DNA from: Magnetococcales bacterium
GTDB taxonomy: Bacteria > Pseudomonadota > Magnetococcia > Magnetococcales > JADFYX01
Direction of reading: 5' to 3'
Length of the DNA stretch: 64,000 nt
NCBI GenBank assembly: GCA_015232405.1
Contig: JADFZS010000001.1
Location: forward strand, 35,322-99,321
Shown here: piece by piece, positions 62,190 to 64,000 of the stretch
How positions within the stretch are numbered: position 1 is the stretch's first letter
Layout: the number at the start of each line of letters is the position of its first letter
Position numbers and translations under genes: made by a program
Notes under the pieces: model-generated
Seen by the model: the letters and a program-made list of their open reading frames with translations, nothing else
Told to the model about the DNA's origin: nothing
The model's database searches: none

Positions 62190-63830
62190 TTATTTACTTT
62201 TTTCCATCTCAGCAGCATGGTCGATATTTACAATACCTGCTAGTTGCTGTAACAAACGCCAGTTATCCAGTCTATCCTGTTGTGAGGTTAGCAGTACATC
62301 TGTTGGTTCGTTATTGGGGTTTTCAAAATGTTTGGCAAAGCGGCCTTCAGTTCGGCAGAAGTCGATAAAATTGACCACCTGCTCTTTGCCATCTTTACCT
62401 TTTTTACGATGCCAGTCACGTTTAACCGATGGGTTACCCTGTAAAGACATTTTAGATGCCAGAGTAGGGCCAGCTTCTGGGTTGTAGATGAAAACCGGGA
62501 ACGCCCGTGACTCAACCGCCATCATAGATTGTTGACATGAGACATCATCGGGAATTTGATGCTCAGGCTGACAAGAGGTGTAAGCATTTATCAATGCCGG
62601 ACCATCAAAAGCTAGAGCCTGTTCAATAGATTTATAAAAATGGCTGGTCATAGAGCCAACAGTCTGGGCCACAAACACCCGAGGATGCATCATGGCAATA
62701 TTGGCAATCTCTTTACGTTGCTCCATTTTACCAGGAACAGCTTTACCGTGGATTGACATTTTAGCATCTTGACCAATAAAGGTAGCGGTTGATGTTTGAC
62801 CACCAGTATTGGAATAGGCTTGGGTATCCATGACGAAGGCTTTGATATTCATGCCGGAGGTCAACATACGGGAGAGAGCCTGAAAGCCGATATCCAACAT
62901 AGAACCATCACCACCAAATACCCATATATGGTGGTCTTTTTTGTCGATCTGGTCCCAATGGGCTCTGATACCCATGGCAACAGTGGCTGCATTCTCAAAT
63001 AGAGAGTTCACCCAAGGTGCACGGAACGGGTTGTAAGGATAGGTAGAACCATAAACGGTGCTACAACCAGTGTTGGCAACAACACCATATTTGCCACCAA
63101 CCTTTTCGTGGGTCATGGCTAACAGCTGGCGAATTGCAGATGTCTCACCACAACCCATACAGTTACCAGCACCACCAACAAACTGGTTGGCGTCATCCTT
63201 GAGCAAGATATCAACTTTCAACTTGGGATTGACATACTCGTCAGGGGTTTTAGGTGAATCTTTGAAGTAGTTCCAAAGATCAAAATAACCACCAAGATTA
63301 TCTTTGGTCTTTTTGATCATCTTCAATGCGTCGTGGTCTCCACAGGCAACCACACACTCGCCACAACCTTTACATTTGGTAGGGTCGATAAAGATTCCAA
63401 ATAGTGCACCACCTGGAGAACTTGGATCTTTAGCCTTTTTCTTCTCGTAGGTTTTGTAATATTTGGTTGTCTCGACAAACTGATCCTTTAAGAATTGCTG
63501 TTGTTCAGGTGTTCCAGCAGTTTTGAGGACAGTTTCCAAGGTTTCTGGTGTGACTACTCTGCCCCAGATAGAAGAATCAGGACATTGCTGCACACACTCC
63601 ATACAACCAACACAGTTGGCTGCTTCAAACTCTGGCAGGTCGGGAGCAATATAAGAAAAATCCCGGTATGAGGCAGTTCCGCCAGGAATAACAGAACGGG
63701 CGACAAAATGATCTGCTGGTTGTCCAGATCCAGACCCACCATTGTAGGCCTCCATAATTTCACGGGCCCGGTCTATATCGTACCACTCAGGCGTTGCTCC
63801 AGAATATATTAAAGCTTTTTGACTCATCAC
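62190..63830 (-). CDS. Pyruvate(2-oxoacid):ferredoxin oxidoreductase, C-terminal half of a NifJ-type enzyme as a separate polypeptide (2x[4Fe-4S] ferredoxin domain + TPP-binding domain)
   Basis: CVGCMECVQQCP and CKGCGECVVACG ferredoxin motifs. TPP motif GGDGSMLDIGFQALS...VMDTQAYSNTGGQTS. It is collinear with domains V-VI of Desulfovibrio-type PFOR as I recall it. Confidence 0.85.
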   Translation of the reverse strand: MMSQKALIYSGATPEWYDIDRAREIMEAYNGGSGSGQPADHFVARSVIPGGTASYRDFSYIAPDLPEFEAANCVGCMECVQQCPDSSIWGRVVTPETLETVLKTAGTPEQQQFLKDQFVETTKYYKTYEKKKAKDPSSPGGALFGIFIDPTKCKGCGECVVACGDHDALKMIKKTKDNLGGYFDLWNYFKDSPKTPDEYVNPKLKVDILLKDDANQFVGGAGNCMGCGETSAIRQLLAMTHEKVGGKYGVVANTGCSTVYGSTYPYNPFRAPWVNSLFENAATVAMGIRAHWDQIDKKDHHIWVFGGDGSMLDIGFQALSRMLTSGMNIKAFVMDTQAYSNTGGQTSTATFIGQDAKMSIHGKAVPGKMEQRKEIANIAMMHPRVFVAQTVGSMTSHFYKSIEQALAFDGPALINAYTSCQPEHQIPDDVSCQQSMMAVESRAFPVFIYNPEAGPTLASKMSLQGNPSVKRDWHRKKGKDGKEQVVNFIDFCRTEGRFAKHFENPNNEPTDVLLTSQQDRLDNWRLLQQLAGIVNIDHAAEMEKSK

Positions 63831-63925
63831 ATTACTCCAGTAAAACTTTCATACTGGCAAGTTAAAGAAGAGGCTAAACTTGCACAGTCAGTACTCCCCC
63901 CCACCAGTTAATCTATTTATGAAGA

Positions 63926-64000
63926 TTAGATAAAGAAGGCGTTAACGTCCTTACCTTTAGCATCCCAATCTTTGCGTCCCTGCTCAAGTACATCAGCAGG
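63926..64000 (-). CDS. 3' end of an upstream ORF, probably the N-terminal-half subunit of the same oxidoreductase; the rest lies outside the window
   Basis: The minus-strand frame is open from the window edge to TAA at 63926-63928 (...PADVLEQGRKDWDAKGKDVNAFFI*). The function is inferred only from position. Confidence 0.35.
   Translation of the reverse strand, partial: PADVLEQGRKDWDAKGKDVNAFFI

Noticed and set aside
1-64000. Mobile elements, prophage, integrons, retrons, DGRs, rRNA/tRNA genes
   Set aside because: I recognised no transposase, integrase, reverse transcriptase, phage structural genes, tRNA-like T-loop (GGTTCGAATCC-type) or rRNA segments on either strand. The only mobile-element-like signals are the short repeat families reported above.

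Overview
This is a 64-kb chromosomal window from a moderately AT-rich Gram-negative, proteobacterial-type genome. All calls come from by-eye motif recognition on the supplied ORF track and sequence; no searches or computations were run. I recognised no rRNA, tRNA, CRISPR array, transposase, integrase or phage genes. Layout: (i) 1-9.6 kb holds an exopolysaccharide locus of the PEP-CTERM/exosortase-associated type. It encodes a priming sugar transferase, a chain-length determinant, a BY-kinase, WecB, a NodB-type deacetylase, a FemAB-like protein and a GT2-TM-radical SAM fusion. No exosortase gene is in view. (ii) 9.6-10.8 kb is a 1.2-kb non-coding island with phased direct repeats. (iii) Next come gmhA and a secreted repeat protein followed by an RND efflux pair. 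(iv) Signalling genes follow: a FecR-like protein plus a CHASE2 class III cyclase, and a hybrid histidine kinase. (v) Two tandem phosphoethanolamine-transferase paralogues follow. (vi) A yejE-yejF half ABC importer comes next. (vii) Then cca and leuA, followed by an operon encoding aldolase/SDR, a 1420-aa degenerate helicase with 11 tandem HA repeats, and holC. (viii) Then yefM-yoeB, two PilU-like ATPases with a REC-PAS-GGDEF protein, a DUF2235 lipase-like membrane protein, and a J-like/TPR-like gene pair. (ix) Housekeeping genes mutM, nadK, folE2 and proS follow, with a radical SAM/SPASM plus oxidoreductase tail on the proS operon. (x) The window ends with a YkuI-like EAL protein and a split NifJ-type pyruvate:ferredoxin oxidoreductase. 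The most notable observations are: the catalytically degenerate helicase with an exact 67-aa HA solenoid, translationally coupled to holC; the GT2-TM-radical SAM fusion; the 14 x GGY tyrosine tail on the EPS autokinase; and an intergenic repeat family built on CCTAGAAAC that occurs as inverted pairs.
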